From Patescibacteria group bacterium (GTDB lineage Bacteria > Patescibacteriota > Patescibacteriia > Patescibacteriales > UBA12465), in the NCBI GenBank assembly GCA_041650715.1, contig JBAZKQ010000003.1, forward strand, positions 1 to 60,397: 60,397 bases of DNA, in the 5' to 3' direction. The notes under the pieces are model-generated. The model was not told where the DNA came from, ran no database searches, and worked only from the letters and a program-made list of their open reading frames with translations. The first letter of the stretch is position 1, and every line of letters begins with the position of its first letter. This document shows, in pieces, positions 1-9,015 of this stretch. The translations under genes and the position numbers were made by a program.

Positions 1-339
<339 letters not shown>

Positions 340-568
340 TAAATTTGATTGACTCGATAGAAACTAATGTTTCTATTGATATGTGATTCCGTTTTTAAAA
401 CGGAGAAATTTTTTATTTACGAATTGATGCCAATTAGCACCAAAATTTTAACCATCACCATGATTGTTTGTTATGAAGTTTTTAACGTTCGAAATAGACA
501 GAAAAAAACAGAGATATAAACAATATCTTGTTTTCGTGTAATATTCTGTTTTAATTTTTGATAAGGTT

Positions 569-597
569 ATTTTATACTAATAAAAAATAGATGTCAA
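569..597 (-). promoter_or_regulatory. Candidate sigma70-type rRNA promoter
   Basis: Minus strand reads TTGACA (592-597), 17-nt spacer, TAAAAT (569-574), ~230 nt upstream of the mature 16S 5' end. Confidence 0.35.
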
Positions 598-646
598 GGG
601 CAGCTTATATATAGGGTTCATTGAATATTACTGAAGTAATATTTTG

Positions 647-675
647 TTGACTTTTAGCTATATTTAAGCTATAAA
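647..675 (+). promoter_or_regulatory. Candidate promoter for ORF 708
   Basis: TTGACT (647-652), 17-nt spacer, TATAAA (670-675). Confidence 0.35.
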
Positions 676-707
676 TATGTTATTATAATATATATTATAA
701 AAAATAT

Positions 708-1544
708 ATGAGTTCAAAATTTGCGGCCAATTTTGGGGAAACAAATTACCCGGGCAAGATTCAAGAGCTAAAAGCGGAGAAAGAGGAAAAGAAGAAGGAA
801 TTTGTCAGAAATGAGCAACCATTTGATGATAATGCAATAAATGCCGCCGAAAGACTAAATCCAATTGATCCTGAGAATAGATATAATAGTGCGGCGGCCG
901 AAGAGCAAATTATAGAATCCGCAAAAAAATTCAAAACGGCCGAAGATGTAGTTGACGAGGATCAGGATGAAAATTCGATTATTAATGCCGTTGATGAAAA
1001 GATTAGTCTGGAAAAGGCGAGCCTGGCTATAAGTGATCCTTATGACTATGCGGATGTAATTGAGAAATTGTTCCTGTCGGCCCAAGCCAAGGGTGATAAA
1101 AAGGAAATGGATGATATTCTTGATCGGACTTCCCTCTTTATAAAACAGTATCAAAAATTATTAGGGCGCAAGCTCGACAGTGAGGAAGAAAAAGATAGAG
1201 TTGAAGCCATGTTTAAAGAAATAGTTGGTGAGGTCGCCTATATAAAAGAAGGAGACGCGCAGAGGACGGAGCTTTTATCAGATTTTAGGGAGCCAAGAAA
1301 TGCGCGCCCCGGGCAAGATAAAGGCAGTAAAATCTACTACGCTGCCAATGATAAGGTGGGTAGAGGATTTTTAACACAGGCCGAGGCTGATCGTGATGCC
1401 GCCGCCCGGGCGGAAAAAAACAAAAATAAAGGCAATATCAATAATAAAAAAACATCAGTGATTTCAGGTTTGGCTCAGGAATTAAAGGCATTCAACCCTT
1501 TTACTGGCAAAAAAGAAAGCATTAATAATAGAAGGGTTAATTAA
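708..1544 (+). CDS. Hypothetical protein, charged (E/K/D-rich), no recognisable domain
   Basis: 278-aa ORF filling the gap between rrs and infC. No family motif recognised. Confidence 0.55.
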   Translation: MSSKFAANFGETNYPGKIQELKAEKEEKKKEFVRNEQPFDDNAINAAERLNPIDPENRYNSAAAEEQIIESAKKFKTAEDVVDEDQDENSIINAVDEKISLEKASLAISDPYDYADVIEKLFLSAQAKGDKKEMDDILDRTSLFIKQYQKLLGRKLDSEEEKDRVEAMFKEIVGEVAYIKEGDAQRTELLSDFREPRNARPGQDKGSKIYYAANDKVGRGFLTQAEADRDAAARAEKNKNKGNINNKKTSVISGLAQELKAFNPFTGKKESINNRRVN

Positions 1545-1555
1545 ACAAAAATCCA

Positions 1556-2110
1556 ATGCGTATAAAATTTCATCGTGTCGAAAGAAAAGAAGAACCTACT
1601 TTTCGGTCTAACCACCAGATTAAAGTGCCGGAGGTTTTTGTGATAGACGAAACTAATGAAGCACTGGGCGTCATGACGATCGAAGAGGCAATCGCGAAAG
1701 CGCAAGAAGCCGACCTGGACTTGGTCGAGGTAAATCCTAAGGCCAATCCGCCGGTCGTAAAAATTGTGAATCTTGGACAATTAAAATATGAAAGAGAAAA
1801 ATTGGCCCATAAGCAGAAAATGCAGCAGAAAAAAGTAGAGACTAAGAATATCCGCTTAACTTTCCGCATTAGTGACCATGACCAAGAAATGCGAGTTGTG
1901 CAGGCGGAAAAGTTCTTAGCGAAGGAAAACAAGATTAAGGTAGAGTTAATTTTACGCGGTCGCGAAAGACAATATCCGCAGAAGGCTGCCGAAATTGTGC
2001 GTAATTTTACAGCAAAATTGCAGGCCAAACCAGGTTTGGCGGTTGAGATTGAACAGCCCTTGACAAATCAAGGAGGAAGATTTACTATTATATTGATCAA
2101 TAAAAAATAA
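1556..2110 (+). CDS. infC: Translation initiation factor IF-3
   Basis: N-domain VIDETNEALGVMTIEEAIAKAQEADLDLVEV and C-domain KNIRLTFRISDHD...LILRGRE. Conserved infC-rpmI-rplT order. Confidence 0.95.
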   Translation: MRIKFHRVERKEEPTFRSNHQIKVPEVFVIDETNEALGVMTIEEAIAKAQEADLDLVEVNPKANPPVVKIVNLGQLKYEREKLAHKQKMQQKKVETKNIRLTFRISDHDQEMRVVQAEKFLAKENKIKVELILRGRERQYPQKAAEIVRNFTAKLQAKPGLAVEIEQPLTNQGGRFTIILINKK

Positions 2111-2158
2111 AAACCCGTTAAATTCAGGTGTTTGCCTGATTTTTTAATCTGGAAATAT

Positions 2159-2356
2159 ATGTCAAAAATAAAGACCCATAAAGCCACGGTCAAACGTTTC
2201 AAAAAAACGGCCACTAATAAACTGATGCAGCGTAAAGGCGGGCAGGATCATTTTAATTCTCGTGATACCGGTAACGCTACTCGTAAAAAACGCCTTGATA
2301 TCAAGACGAGTAAGACCATTACCAAAACTATTCACATGTTAACCCCATATAATTAA
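2159..2356 (+). CDS. rpmI: 50S ribosomal protein L35
   Basis: MSKIKTHKATVKRFKKTATNKLMQRKGGQDHFN; sits between infC and rplT. Start taken at the internal ATG at 2159. Confidence 0.9.
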   Translation: MSKIKTHKATVKRFKKTATNKLMQRKGGQDHFNSRDTGNATRKKRLDIKTSKTITKTIHMLTPYN

Positions 2357-2377
2357 TCATTATTTGAAATTGAACAT

Positions 2378-2725
2378 ATGCCAAGAGTAAAAAGAGGAAT
2401 GACCCATGTAAAAAAGAGACGGAAATTGCTTAAAGCCGTTAAAGGTTATAAATGGGGTCGTAAAAAATTAGTTAAACTTGCCAAGACTGCTCGGACTAAA
2501 GCCGGAGCGCATGCTTATGTTGATCGACGCAAAAAGAAAAGAACTATGCGTGGTTTATGGCAAATTAAGATTAATGCCTTCGTGCGCGAGTACGACTTGT
2601 CTTATTCTCGTTTTATAAATTTGCTAAAAATAAATAAAATTGAAGTTGATCGGAAGATTTTAGCCGACTTGGCCGTATCTAATAAGGAGACTTTGGCGGC
2701 CATCATCAACAAGATTAAGAAATAA
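2378..2725 (+). CDS. rplT: 50S ribosomal protein L20
   Basis: MPRVKRGMTHVKKRRKLLKAVKGYKWGRKK... is a typical L20 N-terminus. Confidence 0.95.
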   Translation: MPRVKRGMTHVKKRRKLLKAVKGYKWGRKKLVKLAKTARTKAGAHAYVDRRKKKRTMRGLWQIKINAFVREYDLSYSRFINLLKINKIEVDRKILADLAVSNKETLAAIINKIKK

Positions 2726-2726
2726 T

Positions 2727-2945
2727 ATGATGTTCTGGATTAAAATTATCCAAGTTATCGTCGCTATTCTCTTAATGGTGGCAATTTTAATGCAAAATAG
2801 GGGCACCGGTCTAGGCGGCGTTTTTGGCGGCTCGGGCGGTGTTTATCTTACTAAGCGTGGCTTAGAAAAGAAACTTTTTTTAGCTACTATTATTTTAGCG
2901 GCTATCTTCATTTTATTGTCTCTCGGCGTGTTTATCAAAGCTTAG
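2727..2945 (+). CDS. secG: Preprotein translocase subunit SecG
   Basis: 72 aa, two TM segments, LMQNRGTGLGGVFGGSGG glycine-rich loop. Confidence 0.8.
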   Translation: MMFWIKIIQVIVAILLMVAILMQNRGTGLGGVFGGSGGVYLTKRGLEKKLFLATIILAAIFILLSLGVFIKA

Positions 2946-2982
2946 AGCAACTCTCAGCACGTGAGTAATTTATAAAATTACT

Positions 2983-4758
2983 GTGATCTCACTAAAAAAG
3001 AAAACAAAGTTAAATGCAAAAAGGGCGAGTCAGGTCTTGTCTTTTTTTGGTTTAGCCAAAAAAAATAAATTAAATCAAGCTGAGATTGATCGTAAATTAG
3101 TCTATACCCTGTCGGCTCGGAAAATACCCAATGGTGGCCAAATCAGACATCTTAATAAATTTTTAAATCCGAAAGAAAACTTGATAATTAAAATTTGCGC
3201 TCTTTTTATTCTGGTTAATGCTGTTTATTTGGGAATTACTTTTTTTCAAAAACATTTACAGTATGCCCCGGTTGCCGGCGGTGAATATATAGAGGGTATA
3301 GTGGGGTACCCTAAAATTGTTAATCCGCTTTACGCGGTAAATCGTGATGTCGATAGCGACCTCAGCAGTCTTGTCTATTCCAGCCTTTTTAAATATGATC
3401 AAAGCGGTGCCTTGGTTAATGACTTGGCAGAGACAGTATCCATCAGTAATGATAAAGAGTATACGATTAAGATTAAGGACGGTGCGGTTTGGCAAAATGG
3501 CGATAAGTTAACGGTTGATGATATTATCTTTACCATTAGTGCGATTCAAAATGCGGACTACCATTCTCCGCTGCGCGCGTCTTTAAGCAGCGTTGAAACT
3601 GCCAAGATAGATGAGCAAACTTTAAAAATTACGCTGGGGGCTCCCTATGCACCTTTTCTTGAGGTCTTAACTTTCGGTATTCTTCCGAAAAATATTTGGG
3701 AAAATGTTAATCCCAGTTCAGTGGCTTCTTCCGATATGAATTTAAAGCCGATCGGGTCGGGACAGTATAAGTTTAAATCATTCCTCAAAAATAAAGACGG
3801 TGATATCAAAGAGTACAATTTGGTATTTAATAATTCTTATTACGGACGAAAACCATTTATCAGTGCCGTAAAATTTAAATTTTTTAACGATTACACAGAA
3901 GCGACCAAAGCCTTAAATGATAATCAAATTGATGGCTTGGGTTATTTGCCTTTTGATGAGCGCAAAGATTTGGTGGCGAAAAATGCATTAACGTTTAATG
4001 AATTATTGCGCCCACAAATCGTTGCCCTTTTCTTTAATAGTGGTAATGATAAGGCGCTCGCGGATAAAACAGTTCGTGTTTCCTTGGCGCAAGCGATAGA
4101 TAAAGATCAAATCATTAAAGATGTTTTTTCCGATGTCTATAAGAGAGCGGATGGACCGATTTTGTCTACCAGCTATGCCTACGACGATGCAATCGCCAAG
4201 TATGCTTATTCGCCACTTGAAGCCGAAACAAATATCAAAAATAAATTGGCCTCGACTACCCTCACGGTGATTGATTCGGGTACAAACGTGGCTGTGGCGG
4301 AAGCCGTTAAAGCGTATTGGGAAAAAATTGGCGTCGCCGTTGAAATTAAAGTAGTCCCTGGAGAACAGGCAGCCGATATTATTAAAAATCGCGCTTTCGA
4401 AATTCTTCTTTACGGCGAATCAGTCGGCGGCGATCCGGATGTTTATGCTTTTTGGCACTCCTCTCAGATCGGCGCTAAAGGCTTGAATCTCGCCAGCTAT
4501 AATAATCAGGAGGTTGATAAGTTACTCGCGGATGCGCGCGCCACAACCGATATTGCAACTCGCATTGAAAAATATAAAAAATTTCAGGAAGATGTCGTGA
4601 ACGACGTTCCCGCTATCTTTCTATATTCACCAACCTATACTTACGTGCAGAGCAAAAAACTCAAAGGCTTTAATGGTTCAATGGTAATTGAACCGGACAA
4701 TCGCTTCGCAAGTATTGCCGATTGGTATTTAAAGACCAGTAAAAAATTAGTGTGGTAA
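2983..4758 (+). CDS. ABC-type substrate-binding protein, family 5 (peptide/nickel type), N-terminally membrane-anchored
   Basis: 591 aa with an N-terminal TM segment. SBP_bac_5-like stretches (LFKYDQSGALVNDLAE, YTIKIKDGAVWQNGDKLTVDDIIFT). GTG start. Confidence 0.75.
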   Translation: MISLKKKTKLNAKRASQVLSFFGLAKKNKLNQAEIDRKLVYTLSARKIPNGGQIRHLNKFLNPKENLIIKICALFILVNAVYLGITFFQKHLQYAPVAGGEYIEGIVGYPKIVNPLYAVNRDVDSDLSSLVYSSLFKYDQSGALVNDLAETVSISNDKEYTIKIKDGAVWQNGDKLTVDDIIFTISAIQNADYHSPLRASLSSVETAKIDEQTLKITLGAPYAPFLEVLTFGILPKNIWENVNPSSVASSDMNLKPIGSGQYKFKSFLKNKDGDIKEYNLVFNNSYYGRKPFISAVKFKFFNDYTEATKALNDNQIDGLGYLPFDERKDLVAKNALTFNELLRPQIVALFFNSGNDKALADKTVRVSLAQAIDKDQIIKDVFSDVYKRADGPILSTSYAYDDAIAKYAYSPLEAETNIKNKLASTTLTVIDSGTNVAVAEAVKAYWEKIGVAVEIKVVPGEQAADIIKNRAFEILLYGESVGGDPDVYAFWHSSQIGAKGLNLASYNNQEVDKLLADARATTDIATRIEKYKKFQEDVVNDVPAIFLYSPTYTYVQSKKLKGFNGSMVIEPDNRFASIADWYLKTSKKLVW

Positions 4759-4828
4759 TTTAAAGTGTATTTTTAACACCCAGTTTAAACCACATTTATA
4801 TAACTCATAAAACTTAATAATTAATCAG

Positions 4829-6694
4829 ATGTTCGTAAAACAACAAAGTCTTTCGACGGCGACAACGCCTCGGAAAAATTTTCCATCTCGTTCTCCCCGG
4901 CCTAATGTCGGTGTGAGCAGCACGGAAACACCGGCAGCGACGAAAAATAGGCACGCAAATCGACCTAAAAATTTTCGTCCCCAGCCCATTAAAAAAGCAA
5001 CAAATAACCAAGCCGTTTCGGCCAGCGGTCCGGGTCTAAAAATCATTCCGCTCGGCGGGCAGGAAGAAGTCGGACGCAACTGCACCGTATTTGAATATGA
5101 TAATGACATCATTATTTTAGATATGGGTCTTCAATTTGCGGACGAAGACATGCCTGGAATCGACTATATTATTCCCAATGTCTCTTATTTGAAGGGTCGG
5201 GAAAAAAATATTCGAGGCGTGATATTTAGCCATGGTCATCTTGATCATATCGGCGCCGCTCCGATTCTTTTGGAACAATTGGGCAATCCGCCGATAATTG
5301 GTCGCAAATTGACCTTAGCGATGATTAAACACCGCCAGGAGGACTATAAGCGCGGCACGACGAAGAGCCTTAAGACAATTACCGTGAATACGCTTGACCA
5401 AAAAATCGCTTTGGGCAAATTTCAAATTAGCTTTTTTCAAGTTGAGCACTCCGTTATTGATGCGGTCGGCGTTATTATTCAAACACCGCATGGCACCGTA
5501 ATCCATCCGGGCGACTGGATGATGGAATCTGACCCGCTTGAAGGAGCGGTTGTTGGTTATGAGCACTTAGCTCTCCTCCCTTCACCGCGGATTTTGATGT
5601 TAGAAAGCTTAGGCGTTGCCTATTCTAAGGAAAGAGTTCCGGCGCGAACAACGCAAAATAATTTGGAAAAATTAATTAGCGAAGCCCCGGGCAGAGTGAT
5701 TATCGGTACCTTTGCTTCTCAGTTGGAACGTATTACCCATCTTTTGGAGTATGCGGCCAAAATCGGCAAGAAAGTAGCGCTTGATGGTTATGGCATGAAG
5801 TTAAATGTCAAAATCGCACAAGAACTTGGTTATATCCCGGCTCATAAAAATATTTTAATTCCGATTGAAGATATTCATAAATATCCGGAAAACAGAATTT
5901 TAATTATATGTACGGGAGCCCAAGGTGAGTCAAACGCCGTTTTTTCCCGCATTGTTAACGGTAATCACCGTTACGTAACGATAAAGAAGTCAGACGTCGT
6001 CGTCTTCTCTTCCTCGGTTATTCCCGGCAATGAGCGCTCGGTCCAAAAAGTTAAAGATCAGCTTTATCGTTTAAGCGATAACGTTATTCATAGCAGTATT
6101 ATGGATGTTCACTCCGGTGGCCATGCAAATGCCGAAGATATAAAAAATATTCTTCATCAGATTAAACCCGATTATTTTTTACCGGTTTACGCTAACCACT
6201 ATATGCTTGTCGAGGCTAAGAAATTGGCCTTGCGTGAAGGTTTCCGCGAAGACCAGATTAGTGTACTTGATAATGGACAAATTATAAAATTCCAGAGAGA
6301 CCACAAGGCGCTTGTTCTTAAAGAAAAAGCGAATACGGATTATGTGATGGTTGACGGACTTGGAATTGGCGATGTTTCCGAAATCGTCCTGCGTGATCGC
6401 CGCATGATGGCCGACGACGGTATGATTGTGGTAATTGCAACAATAGACGCGAAGACAGGCGACATCATCGGCAACCCCGATTTAATTTCGCGTGGCTTTA
6501 TCTACATGAAGGAAAATCGTGACTTGATCGAAAAAACGCGGATGAAAGTAAAAAAGATCGTTAAAGATAAAAACCCGATGTCCGCAGCGGATGATGACTA
6601 TATAAAGAACAAAATTCGAAACGAAATCGGACAATTCCTCTTTACGGCTACTCAGCGCCGCCCGATGGTTTTGCCTGTAGTTATTAAGGTTTAA
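4829..6694 (+). CDS. rnj: Ribonuclease J (metallo-beta-lactamase/beta-CASP) with ~70-aa basic N-terminal extension
   Basis: KIIPLGGQEEVGRNCTVFEY, HGHLDHIGA zinc motif, C-terminal RNase J domain. Confidence 0.9.
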   Translation: MFVKQQSLSTATTPRKNFPSRSPRPNVGVSSTETPAATKNRHANRPKNFRPQPIKKATNNQAVSASGPGLKIIPLGGQEEVGRNCTVFEYDNDIIILDMGLQFADEDMPGIDYIIPNVSYLKGREKNIRGVIFSHGHLDHIGAAPILLEQLGNPPIIGRKLTLAMIKHRQEDYKRGTTKSLKTITVNTLDQKIALGKFQISFFQVEHSVIDAVGVIIQTPHGTVIHPGDWMMESDPLEGAVVGYEHLALLPSPRILMLESLGVAYSKERVPARTTQNNLEKLISEAPGRVIIGTFASQLERITHLLEYAAKIGKKVALDGYGMKLNVKIAQELGYIPAHKNILIPIEDIHKYPENRILIICTGAQGESNAVFSRIVNGNHRYVTIKKSDVVVFSSSVIPGNERSVQKVKDQLYRLSDNVIHSSIMDVHSGGHANAEDIKNILHQIKPDYFLPVYANHYMLVEAKKLALREGFREDQISVLDNGQIIKFQRDHKALVLKEKANTDYVMVDGLGIGDVSEIVLRDRRMMADDGMIVVIATIDAKTGDIIGNPDLISRGFIYMKENRDLIEKTRMKVKKIVKDKNPMSAADDDYIKNKIRNEIGQFLFTATQRRPMVLPVVIKV

Positions 6695-6728
6695 GTAATA
6701 ATATTTAGTTCGGCCGTTTAATCCATAT

Positions 6729-6755
6729 AAAAAATCCCCAAATCGGGGATTTTTT
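6729..6755 (+). terminator. Rho-independent terminator after rnj
   Basis: AAAAATCCCC-AAATC-GGGGATTTTTT hairpin plus T-run. Confidence 0.8.
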
Positions 6756-6768
6756 GCTGTTCATAAGC

Positions 6769-6777
6769 TGTGGATAA
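6769..6777. promoter_or_regulatory. Perfect DnaA-box 9-mer (TGTGGATAA)
   Basis: Exact match to the TTATCCACA complement, 6 bp upstream of the -35 at 6783. A single box could be chance. Confidence 0.3.
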
Positions 6778-6782
6778 AACTA

Positions 6783-6811
6783 TTGACAAGTATATCTACT
6801 TGTGATATATT
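6783..6811 (+). promoter_or_regulatory. Near-consensus sigma70 promoter with no downstream plus-strand CDS
   Basis: TTGACA (6783-6788), 17-nt spacer, TATATT (6806-6811). Confidence 0.6.
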
Positions 6812-6817
6812 ACATAG

Positions 6818-6972
6818 TCAGTCAAGCAATAAGTTTTGTATTTAAAAAGACCGCTTTAAACGGGTCAGGCACGACAAGCATGGGGATTTTCTTGCTAGGG
6901 TTTTTCCGGCATTGCGCTCGAAAGTGCCTAGAAGAAATTTTCTTGCCTACCCGTTTAAGTCGGTCTTTTTTT
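6818..6972 (+). ncRNA. Candidate stand-alone structured sRNA (~155 nt), class unknown
   Basis: Lies between the promoter at 6783-6811 and a T7 run. 17-bp closing helix GACCGCTTTAAACGGGT (6849-6865) / ACCCGTTTAAGTCGGTC (6949-6965) with one mismatch, enclosing ~83 nt of further hairpins. No credible ORF. Confidence 0.45.
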
Positions 6973-7708
6973 ATTCGAAAGATCGGTCTTTGCCGACGAT
7001 AACATTTACTTTGTCGCGCATAATGCCAATCTCTACCGGTGTCTCTATTTCGAAAACTCCATCGACTATCAATTTTTCCACGGCGTTAGTAATTTTTAAT
7101 TTATTAACGGTAATGATCGATTCGTCGCGGCGGCGTGTTCTAATTAAAATATCAAGCTTGCCATCGTGCGGGTTTGATTTGATAGTTTCTCTTTGGTCAC
7201 TTAATAAATTAATTATGCGCACTTCCCCTTTGTCTTCGATTTCTAAACTGTAATCATCTATTTCTAAAGTCGTGCCAGCGCTTTGAATAGTTGCCTGATT
7301 AAGAAAATAGTATTTTCCGATCATGCCTAAATCAATTTTTTCCACGCGTCTGGCAAGTAATATATTGCAGGCTTCATCAATGTTTTTAATGCCAAAAGAA
7401 GAAGCGATAGAATTATCATCGCCGATTGGAATCAAGCCAAGGAGTGTCTTTTTTTGGAAATCGCCATATATTTCCGTATCGATAATGGAACCGATAATTT
7501 TATTTACTGTTTGATTATTGCCAACAGCAATAATGGTTTTTGCACCCAGTTTTATTTCATTTTGGATAGTTCCCTTTATATTCTTGATTCCGCCGAGTCG
7601 GATAATTTTACCATTGAGGCCGAGATCGGTTAAACGAATTTCAAGGCGATTGAGAGCACGATTGTGTTTGGCTTTATTTAAATATTCGTCGTATATATAG
7701 ACGTGCAT
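6971..7708 (-). CDS. Diacylglycerol-kinase/NAD-kinase-fold lipid kinase-like protein (divergent)
   Basis: DAGK_cat-like N-terminus. The canonical GGDGT position reads GNNQT (IIAVGNNQTVNKII), so activity is uncertain. Confidence 0.55.
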   Translation of the reverse strand: MHVYIYDEYLNKAKHNRALNRLEIRLTDLGLNGKIIRLGGIKNIKGTIQNEIKLGAKTIIAVGNNQTVNKIIGSIIDTEIYGDFQKKTLLGLIPIGDDNSIASSFGIKNIDEACNILLARRVEKIDLGMIGKYYFLNQATIQSAGTTLEIDDYSLEIEDKGEVRIINLLSDQRETIKSNPHDGKLDILIRTRRRDESIITVNKLKITNAVEKLIVDGVFEIETPVEIGIMRDKVNVIVGKDRSFE

Positions 7709-7726
7709 AGTTTTTCTGAAAACGCT

Positions 7727-8134
7727 TTACTGTTTTTCAACTTCCGCACTTTCGTCGTCAATTTTTTTTGTATGACGGTGATCATCAGTGACCATTAATA
7801 GTTGCCCATTAATAATCGCCCCTTTCTCAATTGAAAGTTCTCCGTACTGAACATCACCGTAAATTTTAGCGGTCCCGCCGAGTGCTAAGTAGCCGCGCGT
7901 CTTAATGCTGCCGCGAACTTCGCCGTTAATGGCGGCATCTTTCGACTCCACGTTAGCCGTTACCCTGGCGCTTTCGCCAATGTATAGGTTGGCATTGGTT
8001 TTTATTGAGCCTTCAAGCGCGCCTTCGATTATAATGTTTCCCTGCCCCTGAAAATTTCCCTTAACTTTGATAGAGGCACCGATAATGGTCTCGGCGTCTT
8101 TGATTTTTTCTAATTTGTTTTCCTTGGTAAACAT
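7727..8134 (-). CDS. Bactofilin-family cytoskeletal protein
   Basis: Repetitive beta-helical pattern IKVKGNFQGQGNIIIEGALEGSIKTNANLYIGESARVTANVES...ING. Confidence 0.8.
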   Translation of the reverse strand: MFTKENKLEKIKDAETIIGASIKVKGNFQGQGNIIIEGALEGSIKTNANLYIGESARVTANVESKDAAINGEVRGSIKTRGYLALGGTAKIYGDVQYGELSIEKGAIINGQLLMVTDDHRHTKKIDDESAEVEKQ

Positions 8135-8301
8135 AAAGATTTACAAATTTATTTAGAGGATTGATTATGATTTAATTTTAGGCCAATCAATCGTTAATGT
8201 CAAAGAATAATCATTGATAATATTTGCGCTGTAAGCTAAAATATGGGCAGTGGCAAAGAGTCGTTGGAGCTCTATTAAATGGCTCAAATAGGCGAAATTT
8301 G

Positions 8302-8373
8302 GTCTTCGTAGTTCAACGGATAGAACAAGAACCTCCTAAGTTCTAGATCCAGGTTCAATTCCTGGCGAGGACA
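8302..8373 (+). tRNA. tRNA-Arg (anticodon CCT)
   Basis: 72-nt cloverleaf by hand: acceptor GTCTTCG/CGAGGAC, anticodon loop CTCCTAA, T-arm CCAGG-TTCAATT-CCTGG. No encoded CCA. Confidence 0.85.
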
Positions 8374-8468
8374 CGTTGTTAGCTATTATTAGTAATTATT
8401 ATGCTAATATTAGTAATATATTGTTGTTATTTGACAAATCTGTATTATTCTGTTAGTATTGACTGCTA

Positions 8469-8496
8469 TTGACATACACGCTGATTTAGCTATAAT
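8469..8496 (+). promoter_or_regulatory. Consensus promoter upstream of tRNA-Ala
   Basis: TTGACA (8469-8474), 16-nt spacer, TATAAT (8491-8496). Confidence 0.6.
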
Positions 8497-8564
8497 CTTA
8501 GGGTAGTTTCAGTATGCTAATGTTTAAAGAGAGCCAATTGTTCCTTAAGGAACAATTTGTATAA

Positions 8565-8638
8565 GGGCCATTAGCTCAGTTGGCTAGAGCGCTTCCATGG
8601 CATGGAAGAGGTCAAGGGTTCAAGTCCCTTATGGTCCA
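8565..8638 (+). tRNA. tRNA-Ala (anticodon GGC)
   Basis: 74-nt cloverleaf: acceptor GGGCCAT/ATGGTCC with the G3:U70 alanine identity pair, anticodon loop ATGGCAT, T-arm AAGGG-TTCAAGT-CCCTT. Confidence 0.9.
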
Positions 8639-8677
8639 CAATATAAAAGCCCCACAAAGTGGGGCTTTTATATTGTG
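8637..8677. terminator. Long-stem hairpin terminator overlapping the tRNA-Ala 3' end
   Basis: Perfect 19-bp stem CACAATATAAAAGCCCCAC / GTGGGGCTTTTATATTGTG with an AAA loop. Confidence 0.75.
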
Positions 8678-8681
8678 CTTT

Positions 8682-8847
8682 GGGGACTTGAACTGGTTGG
8701 AAGCGAGATGCGAGTCGAGTCGGAAGACGAGACGAGCTATCGAGCGTCGGACAACCCGCCGGGGGCGGGTTGGACGCCAACCCTGGACGAGCGAAGCCGC
8801 CGCGCTTCTGGCGGCGGCAAGCGAGAGAGTCCCTTATGGTCCACAAT
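8682..8847 (+). repeat. tRNA-Ala-derived cassette A: inverted T-arm copy, GC-rich core, direct copy of tRNA 3' end
   Basis: GGGACTTGAAC (8683-8693) is the reverse complement of the tRNA T-loop/stem. 8828-8847 is an exact 20-nt copy of tRNA 8623-8642. The core between them is GC-rich with nested hairpins and GCGAG repeats. Confidence 0.7.
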
Positions 8848-8883
8848 TTAAAAGACCTCACCTGCGTGAGGTCTTTTAAATTG
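8844..8883. terminator. Second long-stem hairpin terminator (paralog of 8637-8677)
   Basis: Perfect 18-bp stem CAATTTAAAAGACCTCAC / GTGAGGTCTTTTAAATTG with a CTGC loop. Confidence 0.7.
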
Positions 8884-8894
8884 ATTGATTTGAA

Positions 8895-9015
8895 ATAAGG
8901 GACTTGAATGCCGGAGGCGATGCGCACTTGTGCGCCGCCGAGGCCGGGTCGGGGCGCTTAGTGAGCGCAGTTCGCGATTTTAGCGAACAAGCGAGACTTA
9001 GCGACCGTGACCAAG
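8895..9015 (+). repeat. tRNA-Ala-derived cassette B: inverted T-arm copy plus second GC-rich core
   Basis: ATAAGGGACTTGAA (8895-8908) is the reverse complement of tRNA 8619-8632. It is followed by GC-rich hairpins (TGCGCA-CTTG-TGCGC, GCGC-TTAGTGA-GCGC, GTTCGC-GATTTTA-GCGAAC) ending in CAAGCGAGA, as in core A. Confidence 0.65.

Noticed and set aside
6802-7253. Plus-strand ORFs 6802-7002 and 6912-7253
   Set aside because: The first spans the hairpin-rich sRNA candidate and terminator. The second is antisense to the well-supported lipid-kinase-like gene.
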